From assembly GCA_026991575.1 (NCBI GenBank), contig JALXBF010000184.1:1-33605 (forward strand): a stretch of 33,605 bases of DNA. Reading direction: 5' to 3'. Positions 1 to 9,288 of the stretch are shown piece after piece. Each line of letters begins with the position of its first letter. The stretch's first letter is position 1. This DNA comes from Planctomycetota bacterium (lineage in GTDB: Bacteria > Planctomycetota > Planctomycetia > JALXBF01). A model generated the notes under the pieces. The model did not search any database and was not told the DNA's origin. It was given only the letters and a program-made list of their open reading frames with translations. A program made the translations under genes and the position numbers.

Positions 1-2064
1 CGCAGGCGCGACGAACTGCCAACGGACCGGTTCGGACGTGTTCGTCGTGTCCAGATCGATCTTCCAACCATTCTTCGCTCGTTGGACCGACAGGTGCACC
101 TGTCCTAGTTGTCCCAGCGATAGCCGTCGGATGGTGACCGACTGCCAGTGCCGGGGCAACCGGGGAGCGAGTCGCACGCGGCGTCGGGGCAAGTCAGGAC
201 AAAACCCGAGGAATCCGTTGAAGAAGACATTCACCGGCAGGAGTTGGGAAAACATCTGATGCGGCACGGCCTCGGGCAACAGCTCAGCGCGGTCGCCACG
301 CAGCGCCTCTGGCATGTGCCCATTGGCTTCCGGCCGGAACATGAGCCTGCTAGCCGTAGCCCATACCTCGTACGGCCACGCTTCCCAACCGTGTTCAATG
401 GCGACGAGCATGGTTGCAGCAGTCCAGACCGGCCACACCGAGCCCATCTGATAGGAGTCCGGCGCGTAGCCCGGTGCGTCCGGTGGCCACGTGCGCACTC
501 CCCATCCACACCGGTACCTGCCCCGATCGAACCAGCGAAGGGTGGCCTTCAGCGCCACCGCGGGCCATGCCCCCAGCCAGCCGCTGACGAACACCTGAGG
601 GATAGGGCGGTCCACCACCGAGCCGTCTCGCCGAATGGCCCACCGGATTACGGAGCTATCTTTGGCGATGAACCGGCGGTAGACGAATGGTCGGAGCCGC
701 TCCAGTTCGCAGCGCGCCTCTGCGGCCAACCGAGCGTCCGATTGCCATTCGGCCAGCTCGGCCATGGCCGTCAGCGCCGCTAACCACATGCCGTTGGTGC
801 CACTGTCATAGCGGACATCGATTGTCGCTTCTGATGCTCCCCACTGACCCGGCCGAATCTCGAACAAGTTAGTCTCCCGGTTAAGCTGGCGTTGACACCA
901 GCGGAACGCGGCCACCACTGACGGCCACTGGCTCTGGATGAAGGCTCGGTCGCCAGTCGCACGGGCATAGAGCCAATGGCCAACGATGTAGTAGGGACCT
1001 GAGTCGGCGTGCATGTACGCGTAGCGGAATTCGTCGAAGTAGTTTGGCCAGTAGCGCAGCGACTGGGTCACTTCGTGTACCGGTTTGCCGTCAGCCCGCT
1101 GGTATTGCCTGAGCAAGCGGAAAGCGTGCTGTACGGGGCGGTCCAGGCCGAGCATCAGATAAGCGGCTGCAGCGAGCGTGGGTTCGTCGAAGAACCAGGC
1201 ATACCGTGGCCGGGTGGGACTTTGATCGCATGGCCCGTAGCCGGACACGAGGCCCCATCCGAGGTCGGGATTGTGGACCAGGAGGCGTTGGAGGCTGAGG
1301 CCGCTCCAGACCAGCGCCTTCTGAACCCACGGCTCCTGCTCGACGGCGACTTCCGGCAGCGTTTCCAGCTGCCGCGCGATCGCGCGGCGGCGTTGCTGCC
1401 AGAGGTGCGGCAGATGCTGGGGCTCAAGCGTCCGGACCTCGGCGCCGCCCAGCGCTAGCACCGCGGGGTGATCCGGGGCTGGAGGCTGGAGGGTGATCTG
1501 GAGGACGTCGTTGGTCTGCTGCCAGGTCGCTCGGCCCTGCAGGACCCGAGCCACGAGCACGGTGTCCGGCGGGCCGGTCACGCAGTAGCTGGTCTTTGCC
1601 TGTTCGAAACGTAGTGCGTCGCGGGGCGGTAGTGGGCGGTGCATTGGTGCAAGCACGACGCGCAGCGTGATGGTCACCGTGCCGGGGCCGTGGAACTCAA
1701 ACAACGTCGCACATGGCGAGCAGGCAGGCCAGATTCGCAGTGACGGTGTGCCGTCGCTGGCGGTGGCCGGCAGGATGGTCTGGTCCGACGGGCTGGTGTG
1801 AACCTGAAGGGGGAGTTCCTTGCCGTCGGTGGCAGCGGTCGTGATCCTGTAGTGGATCTTCTCGGCCAGCTTATGTGGCCAACGCCATAGTTGCAGGCCG
1901 GACTGTGGCGTGCCCCACATCGCCTGGTGGGGGCAGACCGCCTCAAGGAAGGACCGCGGCAGGTGGGGGGTGACCAAGCAGTATCGATGGCTGCCGTGGT
2001 TGGCGACCGGCCGTGTTGCCGGGAGCCAGCAGCTTAGCGCAGTCAGGAGGAATGGGATGAGCAT
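1..2064 (-). CDS. Glycoside hydrolase with amylo-alpha-1,6-glucosidase/GDE_C-like (alpha/alpha)6 domain, probably exported; 3' end lies beyond the left edge
   Basis: Not in the ORF track because it has no stop in the window. Minus-strand frame reads from ATG at 2064 (RBS AGGA upstream; MLIPFLLTALSCWLPA hydrophobic N-terminus) to position 1. It contains GVRTWPPDAPGYAPDSYQMGSVWP and HMPEAL..AVPHQMFS, resembling the GxRTL..Y.P.SYHNGSVWP region of GDE_C-type enzymes. Confidence 0.75.
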   Translation of the reverse strand, partial: MLIPFLLTALSCWLPATRPVANHGSHRYCLVTPHLPRSFLEAVCPHQAMWGTPQSGLQLWRWPHKLAEKIHYRITTAATDGKELPLQVHTSPSDQTILPATASDGTPSLRIWPACSPCATLFEFHGPGTVTITLRVVLAPMHRPLPPRDALRFEQAKTSYCVTGPPDTVLVARVLQGRATWQQTNDVLQITLQPPAPDHPAVLALGGAEVRTLEPQHLPHLWQQRRRAIARQLETLPEVAVEQEPWVQKALVWSGLSLQRLLVHNPDLGWGLVSGYGPCDQSPTRPRYAWFFDEPTLAAAAYLMLGLDRPVQHAFRLLRQYQRADGKPVHEVTQSLRYWPNYFDEFRYAYMHADSGPYYIVGHWLYARATGDRAFIQSQWPSVVAAFRWCQRQLNRETNLFEIRPGQWGASEATIDVRYDSGTNGMWLAALTAMAELAEWQSDARLAAEARCELERLRPFVYRRFIAKDSSVIRWAIRRDGSVVDRPIPQVFVSGWLGAWPAVALKATLRWFDRGRYRCGWGVRTWPPDAPGYAPDSYQMGSVWPVWTAATMLVAIEHGWEAWPYEVWATASRLMFRPEANGHMPEALRGDRAELLPEAVPHQMFSQLLPVNVFFNGFLGFCPDLPRRRVRLAPRLPRHWQSVTIRRLSLGQLGQVHLSVQRAKNGWKIDLDTTNTSEPVRWQFVAPA

Positions 2065-2088
2065 GCGGTCTGTTCCTGAGGGCGCAGC

Positions 2089-2113
2089 AAAAAGGCGGCC
2101 CACAGGCCGCCTT
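2089..2113 (-). terminator. Rho-independent terminator after csrA
   Basis: Minus strand reads AAGGCGGCC-TGTG-GGCCGCCTT-TTT: GC stem, 4-nt loop and U-tract, ~24 nt after the csrA stop. Confidence 0.8.
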
Positions 2114-2136
2114 GCAGTGGCTGTTTGCTGGTGGTG

Positions 2137-2424
2137 TCAGTTGTCGGGGGAGTCGTCCGAGGCGGTCTGATCGCTGTCGGCTTGAGCCTCGGGGCCGGCT
2201 TCGGACGATGCCGCTTCAGCAGGCTGAGGCTGTTCCTCTTTCCTCCCGGGAATCTCGACCGGCTTGCCGTAGATCGCCTCGTAGACCTCTTCGCGGTGGA
2301 CAGGGATGTCGCGGGGGGCCGTGATGCCGAGCCGCACCTTGTCACCGCGGATATCAACGACCGTGATCTTGATGTTGTCGTTGATGACGATCGATTCGTT
2401 CCGTTTCCGTGAGAGCACTAACAT
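2137..2424 (-). CDS. csrA: Carbon storage regulator CsrA/RsmA with acidic C-terminal extension
   Basis: [48 protein letters not shown] is the CsrA signature; RBS GAGGA upstream. Confidence 0.97.
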   Translation of the reverse strand: MLVLSRKRNESIVINDNIKITVVDIRGDKVRLGITAPRDIPVHREEVYEAIYGKPVEIPGRKEEQPQPAEAASSEAGPEAQADSDQTASDDSPDN

Positions 2425-2859
2425 GGCTGGCTCGTCCTCAACCTCGTGTGATGTACTTCCTCATGCTGCGCCTCAGGCGCACACGCACGGCGTTCTGGTC
2501 AGGTCGAAACACTGAGAGCATCCAGACCGTGACACGTCCGTGGGTGGGCCTCCGCACCCCTCACCGCCAGGTCCTTCCTCAGCGACGAACAGCAACTACG
2601 TACCGTGGCGGTGTCGGGCGTGGCATCCGTTTCCTGCCGTGCTGTTCGTCGGATTGCTTTCTGAAGTTTGATTCCGTCAGGAACCAGCCAAAATCTATCT
2701 GGTGCTGTTGTGCCCTCCGACGGTCTCGCCCAGGTGGGCCTCAGGCAACGCGGCTTCCCGCGCGACGCCAGCCGTCGCAGCGCCCTCAAACTCTCGGCAA
2801 CGTGGAGGTGCCGTAAGGGCGGAGCCTGTCGCAGGCTCAGGGCGTAACAACTCATTGAA

Positions 2860-2888
2860 ACTTTAACCGCCCGCCACCCTCCTGTCAA
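2860..2888 (-). promoter_or_regulatory. Sigma-70-type promoter facing csrA
   Basis: Minus strand has TTGACA (2888-2883), a 17-nt spacer and TAAAGT (2865-2860); predicted start near 2853. Confidence 0.7.
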
Positions 2889-3129
2889 GCGGTTGGAACG
2901 CGGTTTGCACCGCGCCGCTCGCTACCAGCTGCAGGAGTGGTCGCGAGCGAACAGACGGTACGGACCACAATTCCTTCCCTAGTCTCTCCGCTGCCCAACC
3001 AGTGACACTTCTGCCTGCGGCTGGCCGCCCGTCCACCCGGAACTCACGATCCGGCAATCCGTTCTAACCGCCAGCCCGTAAAACGCCACGCGCACCGCGA
3101 TGGTGCCGGTACAATCAAGGAGTCGATAT

Positions 3130-3203
3130 GCCCCGGTAGCTCAGCTGGACAGAGCGGCGGTTTCCTAAACCGCAGGTCGCAGGTTCGAGTCCTGCCCGGG
3201 GTG
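3130..3203 (+). tRNA. tRNA-Arg (anticodon CCT); CCA not encoded
   Basis: Cloverleaf: acceptor GCCCCGG/CCGGGGT, D arm GCTC..GAGC, anticodon stem GCGGT/ACCGC with CCT at 3164-3166, T arm GCAGG-TTCGAGT-CCTGC. A TACAAT -10-like box lies at 3110-3115. Confidence 0.97.
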
Positions 3204-3420
3204 CTTCGGCAGCGGGCCAGGGCACGCATGTGCACTGGCACGCCGGCGAGAGACGGTGTGGCGGCACTGAGGGGGGCGAGACCAACCGATGTCTTGGTAG
3301 CCTTCTCGACGTCCATCCGGGAAAGAGGGGCTCGCACCGACCGGCACACTGAGCCAGCCCATCGCATGGCATGATCGTTCAGGGAGCAGGGACACACTGT
3401 CCAGGCGGCTAACGGCGAAC

Positions 3421-4311
3421 CTACTTCCACGCGACCACTCCGTGCGCGCGGCCGTCGACACGGATCCGCCGGAATCCGGCCTCCTGCAGGCGTCGAACCA
3501 CGCCGCGGACAACACGGCGGCCATGCTGGCTGTGTGGATCGCCTGTGTAGTGGAACAGTCGGCCGCCGCGCCTCAGTACCCTGAACAGCTCGCGGTAGAA
3601 CCTCTCGCCGTATAGCTCACCGGCAAGTTCCACACTCGGGGGATCGTGCATGATCCGCTCAAAGGACTCGTCCGGCACGCTGCTGATCCATTCGGCGACA
3701 TCGCCGACTACCTGTTCGATCCTCGGGTCGTGGAACAGCTCAAGGCTCCAGGGGTTCAGCGCCGCCAGTTCCAGGACCGTTGGGTCTAACTCAACCGTTA
3801 TCACCTTCTCTGCGTGCCGGGCCGCCCGGATCGCGCTGTAGCCCAGCCCGGTGCACGTGTCCAGAACTGTTCCGCGGATCGGCCGCAGCGTGCGCAGCTT
3901 CGCTGCCGTGTCTGCCCATGGTTCGATGTTCTTGATCCGATGCATCGGAAAGCCGGCAAGCAGGAGGGTGGGGGCTCCGGAGGTTGCCATCAGGCTGCAG
4001 TAGCGGCCAAGCGCTTCGGAGTATGCGGCAATCGCCTGGAGCTGTCGGCCGTCCCACGTGAAGCAGCCGTGCTCTGAGCGGCCAGCCTCCGCGATCACGG
4101 ACCACGGAACCAATGCCGCAGTTCGCAATCGCTCGATTCCCGCTGCCACCGCGCGGGCGGGCTCGGCGGTGCGGTTCAGGTCGAAGCTGGTTGTGAACTC
4201 GACGCCGTCACGACCGCGGTGCCCAAGCCAGTGGCGCGCGGTTGGTCCGGAGAGCCAGAGTCTGGCCAAGACGAGGGGCAAGAGCGAGTCTGGATAGGGC
4301 ACGCTCTTCAT
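3421..4311 (-). CDS. Class I SAM-dependent methyltransferase (resembles the 'predicted archaeal methyltransferase' COG2521 group)
   Basis: Motifs VLDTCTGLGYSAI, NPWS, IMHDPP, GELYGERFY and RVLRRGGRLFHYTGDP. Start moved to ATG 4311, which overlaps the upstream stop (ATGA). Confidence 0.85.
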   Translation of the reverse strand: MKSVPYPDSLLPLVLARLWLSGPTARHWLGHRGRDGVEFTTSFDLNRTAEPARAVAAGIERLRTAALVPWSVIAEAGRSEHGCFTWDGRQLQAIAAYSEALGRYCSLMATSGAPTLLLAGFPMHRIKNIEPWADTAAKLRTLRPIRGTVLDTCTGLGYSAIRAARHAEKVITVELDPTVLELAALNPWSLELFHDPRIEQVVGDVAEWISSVPDESFERIMHDPPSVELAGELYGERFYRELFRVLRRGGRLFHYTGDPHSQHGRRVVRGVVRRLQEAGFRRIRVDGRAHGVVAWK

Positions 4312-5357
4312 GCCGTTCGACGGATCGCGGTGTTGGCAGCTTCCAGCAGCGCCAGCGCAGCGGCAGTTACCCGCTCTACGGTGATCGTAGCGTGGCAACT
4401 GAGATGGCTACATTGCTTGCGATAGCTTGCCACGCACGGCACCGTTGCTTGCACGGGCCTTACCGGAGCTCCCCTCGGCAGCGCGCGACGCGGTGACGTG
4501 CAGGTGAAGAGCACCACGGTTGGGCAGCCGGCTGCTGCCGCCAGGTGTGTCGGACCCGAATCATTTCCGATGAACAGCCTGGCGCGACGCACGAGCTCGG
4601 TCAGCGCCAGCAAGTCGGTTTGGCCCGTCAGATCCACGAGCGGCTTGGCCCCTGTGGCAGCCCGGATGCGTTCTGCCAGGGGGACATCCGACGCTGAGCC
4701 AACCAGAACAAACGGACCCACCCCGCGGTGTGCCAGACGGTCGATCAGCCCGGCGTACTGTTCAGGTGGCCACCGCTTTGTCGGCCAGCGGGCCCCGGGG
4801 GCAACCACCACCGGGGCGGTGCCGAGCCGCTCTAGCAGAGTCTCAGCCCAGGCGGTTGCTCTGGCTTCCGTCGGCAACGGGAACCGCGGGGAGCTCACCG
4901 GGCAGCCTGTGACGCGACGGGCTACGGCCAGGTAGCGGTCGACGGCGTGGGGAGTGGTCTTCGAAATCGGCACCACCTCGTTGTAGGCGAGCCGGGCTGC
5001 TTCGCGAGCGTCCGACATGCCGACGCGCAGGGCGGCCCCACTCAGGAGAGTGAACCACGCGCTACGTGCCAGTCCCTGCAGGTCGATGGCCAACTCGGCG
5101 CGAAAGGCGGCCAGTTCACGGGCCAGCCGCGTCTGATCGACCACCAGCGACCAGCTTCCGCCGGGATGTCTCCGGTAGGGAAACACGTGATCAAGTAGCG
5201 GGTGAGCCGTGAGGAAATCGGCATAGGCATCGGCTGCCAGCCAGCCGATCTGCGCCGATGGGAACGCGTCGCGAAGAGCCGCGAGGACCGGCAGGGCCTG
5301 GACAATGTCGCCCAGGGAGCTTGGCTTGATGATCAAGATACGCCGGGGTGATCTCAT
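4308..5357 (-). CDS. Glycosyltransferase family 9, LPS heptosyltransferase (WaaC/WaaF-like)
   Basis: RILIIKPSSLGDIVQALP, IDLQGLARS, PGARWPTKRWP and FIGNDSGPTHLAAA are GT9 hallmarks. Confidence 0.93.
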   Translation of the reverse strand: MRSPRRILIIKPSSLGDIVQALPVLAALRDAFPSAQIGWLAADAYADFLTAHPLLDHVFPYRRHPGGSWSLVVDQTRLARELAAFRAELAIDLQGLARSAWFTLLSGAALRVGMSDAREAARLAYNEVVPISKTTPHAVDRYLAVARRVTGCPVSSPRFPLPTEARATAWAETLLERLGTAPVVVAPGARWPTKRWPPEQYAGLIDRLAHRGVGPFVLVGSASDVPLAERIRAATGAKPLVDLTGQTDLLALTELVRRARLFIGNDSGPTHLAAAAGCPTVVLFTCTSPRRALPRGAPVRPVQATVPCVASYRKQCSHLSCHATITVERVTAAALALLEAANTAIRRTA

Positions 5358-6106
5358 GCAGCCTGCTCCCGGCGGATTCGACCCGCGAGTAGCTGCTCGG
5401 CTCGCTGAAGATCCCGTTCGGTGTCGACCCCCAGCGTGTCGGAAGGAGCATCGAGCAGTCGGATTGCCACGCCGTGTTCGAGCAGACGGAGTTGCTCGAG
5501 CTTTTCGATCTGTTCAAGCCGACCCGGGGGGAGTCGATGGAAGAGCGCGAGGGCTTCAAAGCGGTACGCGTAGAAACCGAGATGCTTGAACCACACCCCG
5601 TCTGCTTCGCCATCCCGATCGTGCGGAATCGGCGCCCGCGAGAAGTAGAGCGCTCGACCATAGCGATCGGTGACCACTTTGACGACATTCGGATCGGCTG
5701 CCTCGTCACGGCTCAACGGATAGCGCAGCGTGGTAACCTGCTCGCTCGAGCCGTGCAACAGGGGCTGGAGCATGCGGGTGATGTGTTCGGCCGTTACCAG
5801 CGGTTCGTCCCCCTGAACATTGACGACGATCTCGGGCTGGTAGCGGCGGGCGAGCTCCCAGGCCCGGTCCGTGCCCGAGCGATGCTCCGGGCTGGTCAGT
5901 TCCGCAGGCACGTCGTACGCCGCGCACGCTGCACGCACCTCGTCGCTGTCCGTGGCAACCAGGACCGAGTCGAACAGCTCGCAGCGGCAAACTGCCCGGT
6001 AAACCCATACGACCAACGGCACGCCCAGCAGGGGCCGGAGCACCTTGCGCGGCAATCGCCGGCTTGCCAGACGGGCCGGAATGACGCCTAGTACCCTGAG
6101 AGCCAT
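5354..6106 (-). CDS. kdsB: 3-deoxy-manno-octulosonate cytidylyltransferase (CMP-Kdo synthetase)
   Basis: Motifs IPARLASRRLPRKVL, SGTDR, VNVQGDEP, ALYFSRAPIP, EKLEQLR and GVDT. Start placed at ATG 6106 after RBS AGGAG. Confidence 0.96.
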   Translation of the reverse strand: MALRVLGVIPARLASRRLPRKVLRPLLGVPLVVWVYRAVCRCELFDSVLVATDSDEVRAACAAYDVPAELTSPEHRSGTDRAWELARRYQPEIVVNVQGDEPLVTAEHITRMLQPLLHGSSEQVTTLRYPLSRDEAADPNVVKVVTDRYGRALYFSRAPIPHDRDGEADGVWFKHLGFYAYRFEALALFHRLPPGRLEQIEKLEQLRLLEHGVAIRLLDAPSDTLGVDTERDLQRAEQLLAGRIRREQAA

Positions 6107-6353
6107 CGACCTTCTCCTGAAACGGGCACCTTCCACCGCTACGACCTACCAAACCGCCCGCCTGGGTACAACGCCAGTCGGCTGCCCGGTGCCAGTGGCG
6201 CCTCTCATCGGCCGGTCGCCTTCACGCCCGATCGTCTTTGATCGGCCGATTCGCGTGATTCAGACCGGTCACACGAGCGGCCATGCGTCTTGGTAGCAGC
6301 GTGGGCCGGCCGAGCAGGCCGGTGGCGGTCGGAGCTGCGCCCAGAAAGCACAG

Positions 6354-6380
6354 ACCCCACAGCAGCCCGTGCTGTGGGGT
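6354..6380 (-). terminator. Perfect 11-bp hairpin downstream of apt; possible terminator
   Basis: ACCCCACAGCA-GCCCG-TGCTGTGGGGT; only a weak U-tract follows on the minus strand. Confidence 0.4.
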
Positions 6381-6413
6381 GTGTCACAGAAGTTGGTGGG
6401 GGCTCAGTAAGGG

Positions 6414-6956
6414 CTACTCGTGGAGCGTTAGCACGGAGTGGATCTCGTATGGCTTGAGCCGGTTGCGGCCGTGGAGGTACGCGAGCTCCAATAGGAACAC
6501 GCATGCTACGATCTGGCCACCGGCCTGTTCCACGAGCCGGCAGCATGCTTCCATGGTCCCGCCCGTGGCCAGGACGTCGTCGACCAGCAGGATGCGGTGG
6601 CCGGCAACGATGGCATCGCGGTGCATTTCGACGGTGTTGGTGCCGTACTCAAGCTCGTAGCTGTAGGAGTGCGTCTCGTACGGCAGCTTGCCCGGTTTGC
6701 GGATCGGCACGAAGCCGGCGCGTAGCTCTAGTGCCAGCGGGGCGGCGAAGACGAAGCCGCGTGCCTCGGCCGCTGCGACCAGATCGATCGGGCGATCGCG
6801 ATAAGGCTCGGCCATGTACCGCACGGCTGCCCGGAACGCGTCCGGTGACGCCAGCAGGGGCGTAATGTCCCGAAACAGGATTCCCGGTTTCGGAAAGTCG
6901 GGCACGTCGCGGATCAGTGTCCTAAGGTCCTCACGGGATAGAAGCTTCTGTTCCAT
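6414..6956 (-). CDS. apt: Adenine phosphoribosyltransferase
   Basis: IRDVPDFPKPGILFRDITPLL, EARGF, RKPGKLP, LEYG and PRPP motif LLVDDVLATGGT. Start at 6956 is inferred from typical length. Confidence 0.96.
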   Translation of the reverse strand: MEQKLLSREDLRTLIRDVPDFPKPGILFRDITPLLASPDAFRAAVRYMAEPYRDRPIDLVAAAEARGFVFAAPLALELRAGFVPIRKPGKLPYETHSYSYELEYGTNTVEMHRDAIVAGHRILLVDDVLATGGTMEACCRLVEQAGGQIVACVFLLELAYLHGRNRLKPYEIHSVLTLHE

Positions 6957-7146
6957 GGGCCGCTTCATCGAGCGCATGGCTGCCAGGTACCACGGGAAGT
7001 TCGGGGTGAAGACCTCGGTGAAGCCTCTCCCATGAGGACACTTATACCGAACTTTCGTCTTTTTTGCCAGCATGGTCTTCCTCCGCAGAGCCTCCGGGAC
7101 CTCCGTGACGTGGGTTACATCCTGAGTGGAAACGGGGTGTGACTGG

Positions 7147-8025
7147 TTAGTCGTTGTCGACCAGGCCAAGCTTGCGCGCAATCTTTTGCAGCGCTTCGTG
7201 TTCGATCTGGCGCACACGCTCGCGGGTCAGACCGAGCATCTGGCCGATCTCTTTCAACGTGCGTGGTTCTTCGTTGCCCAGCCCGTAGCGCATGCGGATG
7301 ATGGCAGCTTCGCGCTCGTCAAGCTGATCCAGCAGCGCCAGGGCCTTTTCGAGCACGTCTGCTTCGGCCAGCAGCTCATCGGGGCTGCGGGATCGTTCGT
7401 CGGTGAGTACCTCGCCGAGCGTGAAGCCATCGTCTTCGGTCTGCTCGCTCTGCGAGATCGCATCATAGACTTCCATGGCACGGCGGACGATTTCGAGCTT
7501 CTTCTTCGAGATGCCCAGGTGGCGTGCGATCTCTTCCTGCGTGGGCGTCCGATGCAGCGCCTCGGCCAGTTCGGCCTCGGCCCGTCGCCACTTGCTGAGC
7601 AGCTCCACCATGTACGCAGGAATCCGGATCGATTTCGCCGAGTTGATCAGCGCGCGTTTGATCGACTGGCGGATCCAGTAGCTGGCGTACGTCGAGAAGC
7701 GGGTGTTCATGTCCGGGTCGAACCCCTCGACGGCACGCAACAGCCCGAGGTTGCCCTCCTCGATCAGATCCTGCAGGGGCAACCCCTTGCCGGCGTAGTT
7801 CCGTGCGATGTTGACTACCAGCCGGAGATTGGCTCGGATCATGCGGTCGCGCGCCTCCGGATCACCCTGCGCAATTCGGCGCGCGAGTTCCTTTTCTTCG
7901 TCGGCACTTAACAAGGGGGTTTCGTTGATCTCACGGAGATACGCCTCTAGCGGACCACGCGGCCCGCGCCGCCGACGCCTCCGCCGCCGACGCGAACCCC
8001 GCTTCGTTGCTCGAACGCTGGGCAT
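7147..8025 (-). CDS. RNA polymerase sigma-70 family factor (RpoD/RpoS-like, lacking region 1.1)
   Basis: Region 1.2 YLREINETPLLSADEE, region 2 ANLRLVVNIAR..DLIEEGNLGLLRAVEGFDP..RFSTYASYWIRQSI, region 4 TLKEIGQMLGLTRERVRQIE. Start at ATG 8025 (GAGG upstream) is inferred. Confidence 0.95.
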   Translation of the reverse strand: MPSVRATKRGSRRRRRRRRRGPRGPLEAYLREINETPLLSADEEKELARRIAQGDPEARDRMIRANLRLVVNIARNYAGKGLPLQDLIEEGNLGLLRAVEGFDPDMNTRFSTYASYWIRQSIKRALINSAKSIRIPAYMVELLSKWRRAEAELAEALHRTPTQEEIARHLGISKKKLEIVRRAMEVYDAISQSEQTEDDGFTLGEVLTDERSRSPDELLAEADVLEKALALLDQLDEREAAIIRMRYGLGNEEPRTLKEIGQMLGLTRERVRQIEHEALQKIARKLGLVDND

Positions 8026-8289
8026 AGCGGCCTCTGCACTACTCCAGGTTGCACCGACAACGCCTGACCAGAGGGCGCATGCCTGTCTGCTCCTCCGTGC
8101 CCCATGCACCCGGCCCGGACGATCCTGCTCCGAAGCCGAAGCGAGCTACCGGCCCGCTTCTGTGCCTTCTATCGGCGGCTGCACGGTCCGGGCAGCTTGG
8201 TAATCAGGGCAAAAGACGTCAGAAACTGGCAAGTGTGCAGCCTGAGAGAACTGGGCAGGCTGAGTGGGATACGCCGCATGACGCATCGC

Positions 8290-9249
8290 TCAACGGCGTA
8301 CCACCAGATACAGCCCGCACACCAGCAGGGCGCAGCCACTGAGCAAACCGGAAGTCAACGGTTCGTCTAGCAAGAGATGACCAAGCACGATGCCCATCAC
8401 CGGCGTCGTCAGCCCGAAGACCGATAGGACCGTCGCCGCATACCGCCGCAAAAGCCACATCCACAGCACAAACCCCCCGGCCGATACCACGAACGCCTGG
8501 TATGCCAGGCCCACCAACGCGGACACCGGCAACGGCCCAGCGGGCAGCTCCTCCAGCGCGACACTCACCACTGCAAAGCACGGCACCGACAGGGCCAAGT
8601 TCCAGAACAGATACGGAAGCGGCCGGACCCAGCGAAGGCAGAGCTTCTGATAGACGATGTACGCTCCCAGGAACAGGCCGCTGCCCAGCACGACCAGATC
8701 GCCAACCATCAAACCCGAGGTCACCGCTGCCGAGTCCTTCAGCACAATGGCCACGCCCACCACCGCCAGCACGGCCCCCACCAGGGCCCTCAGCGGCAGT
8801 CGCTCCCCAAGCACGACCATCCCCAGCGGCGCCACGACCAGGGGATGAACATTGATCAGCGTCGTGGCCCGCCCAGCAGCGGTCCAGGAGGTACCCAGCG
8901 TAAATGAGCCGATCTGGGCGAAGTTGAACAGCCCGCCCAACAGCAGCAACGGCCAGTAGCGTCGTGGGACAGCTAGCCGATCCCCCTCGTAACGACACGC
9001 AAGCCAGATCAGCGGCAACGCCAGCGCGAATCGCAGCCCTGCACAGGCAAACGCAGGCAATGGCGGCACGGTGAACTTGATCGCCACACTATTGCCTGCC
9101 CAGAGCAGGCAGCAGAACAGCGATACGGCAATGCCCAACGCGTCGATCGGCCGTGAGGCCGAGGCAGGCGAACGTTGCCCCGGCTGCCGGGTACGATCGA
9201 TGACAATCGACACGCCAGTCTTGGGAGAGCCAACGATGTTCTTGCCCAC
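8290..9249 (-). CDS. EamA/DMT family transporter
   Basis: About 10 hydrophobic segments in two repeats, with LLWAGNSVAIK, GLRFALA, LGERL and LLDEPLT..G motifs. Start uncertain. Confidence 0.9.
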   Translation of the reverse strand: MGKNIVGSPKTGVSIVIDRTRQPGQRSPASASRPIDALGIAVSLFCCLLWAGNSVAIKFTVPPLPAFACAGLRFALALPLIWLACRYEGDRLAVPRRYWPLLLLGGLFNFAQIGSFTLGTSWTAAGRATTLINVHPLVVAPLGMVVLGERLPLRALVGAVLAVVGVAIVLKDSAAVTSGLMVGDLVVLGSGLFLGAYIVYQKLCLRWVRPLPYLFWNLALSVPCFAVVSVALEELPAGPLPVSALVGLAYQAFVVSAGGFVLWMWLLRRYAATVLSVFGLTTPVMGIVLGHLLLDEPLTSGLLSGCALLVCGLYLVVRR

Positions 9250-9288
9250 GGGAAGGAACCTTTGAGGCGGCGACGGCCGGCCTGCGTG

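Noticed and set aside
148..1458. Plus-strand ORFs 148..783 and 1009..1458
   Set aside because: They are antisense shadows of the long minus-strand glycoside hydrolase frame and have no recognisable motifs.
2409..2888. ORFs 2409..2816 (+) and 2499..2888 (-) upstream of csrA
   Set aside because: No RBS and atypical composition; the minus ORF's start codon is the -35 box itself. A non-coding leader explains the region better.
3204..3420. Possible integration site after tRNA-Arg
   Set aside because: No integrase and no duplicated tRNA 3' end seen in the window.
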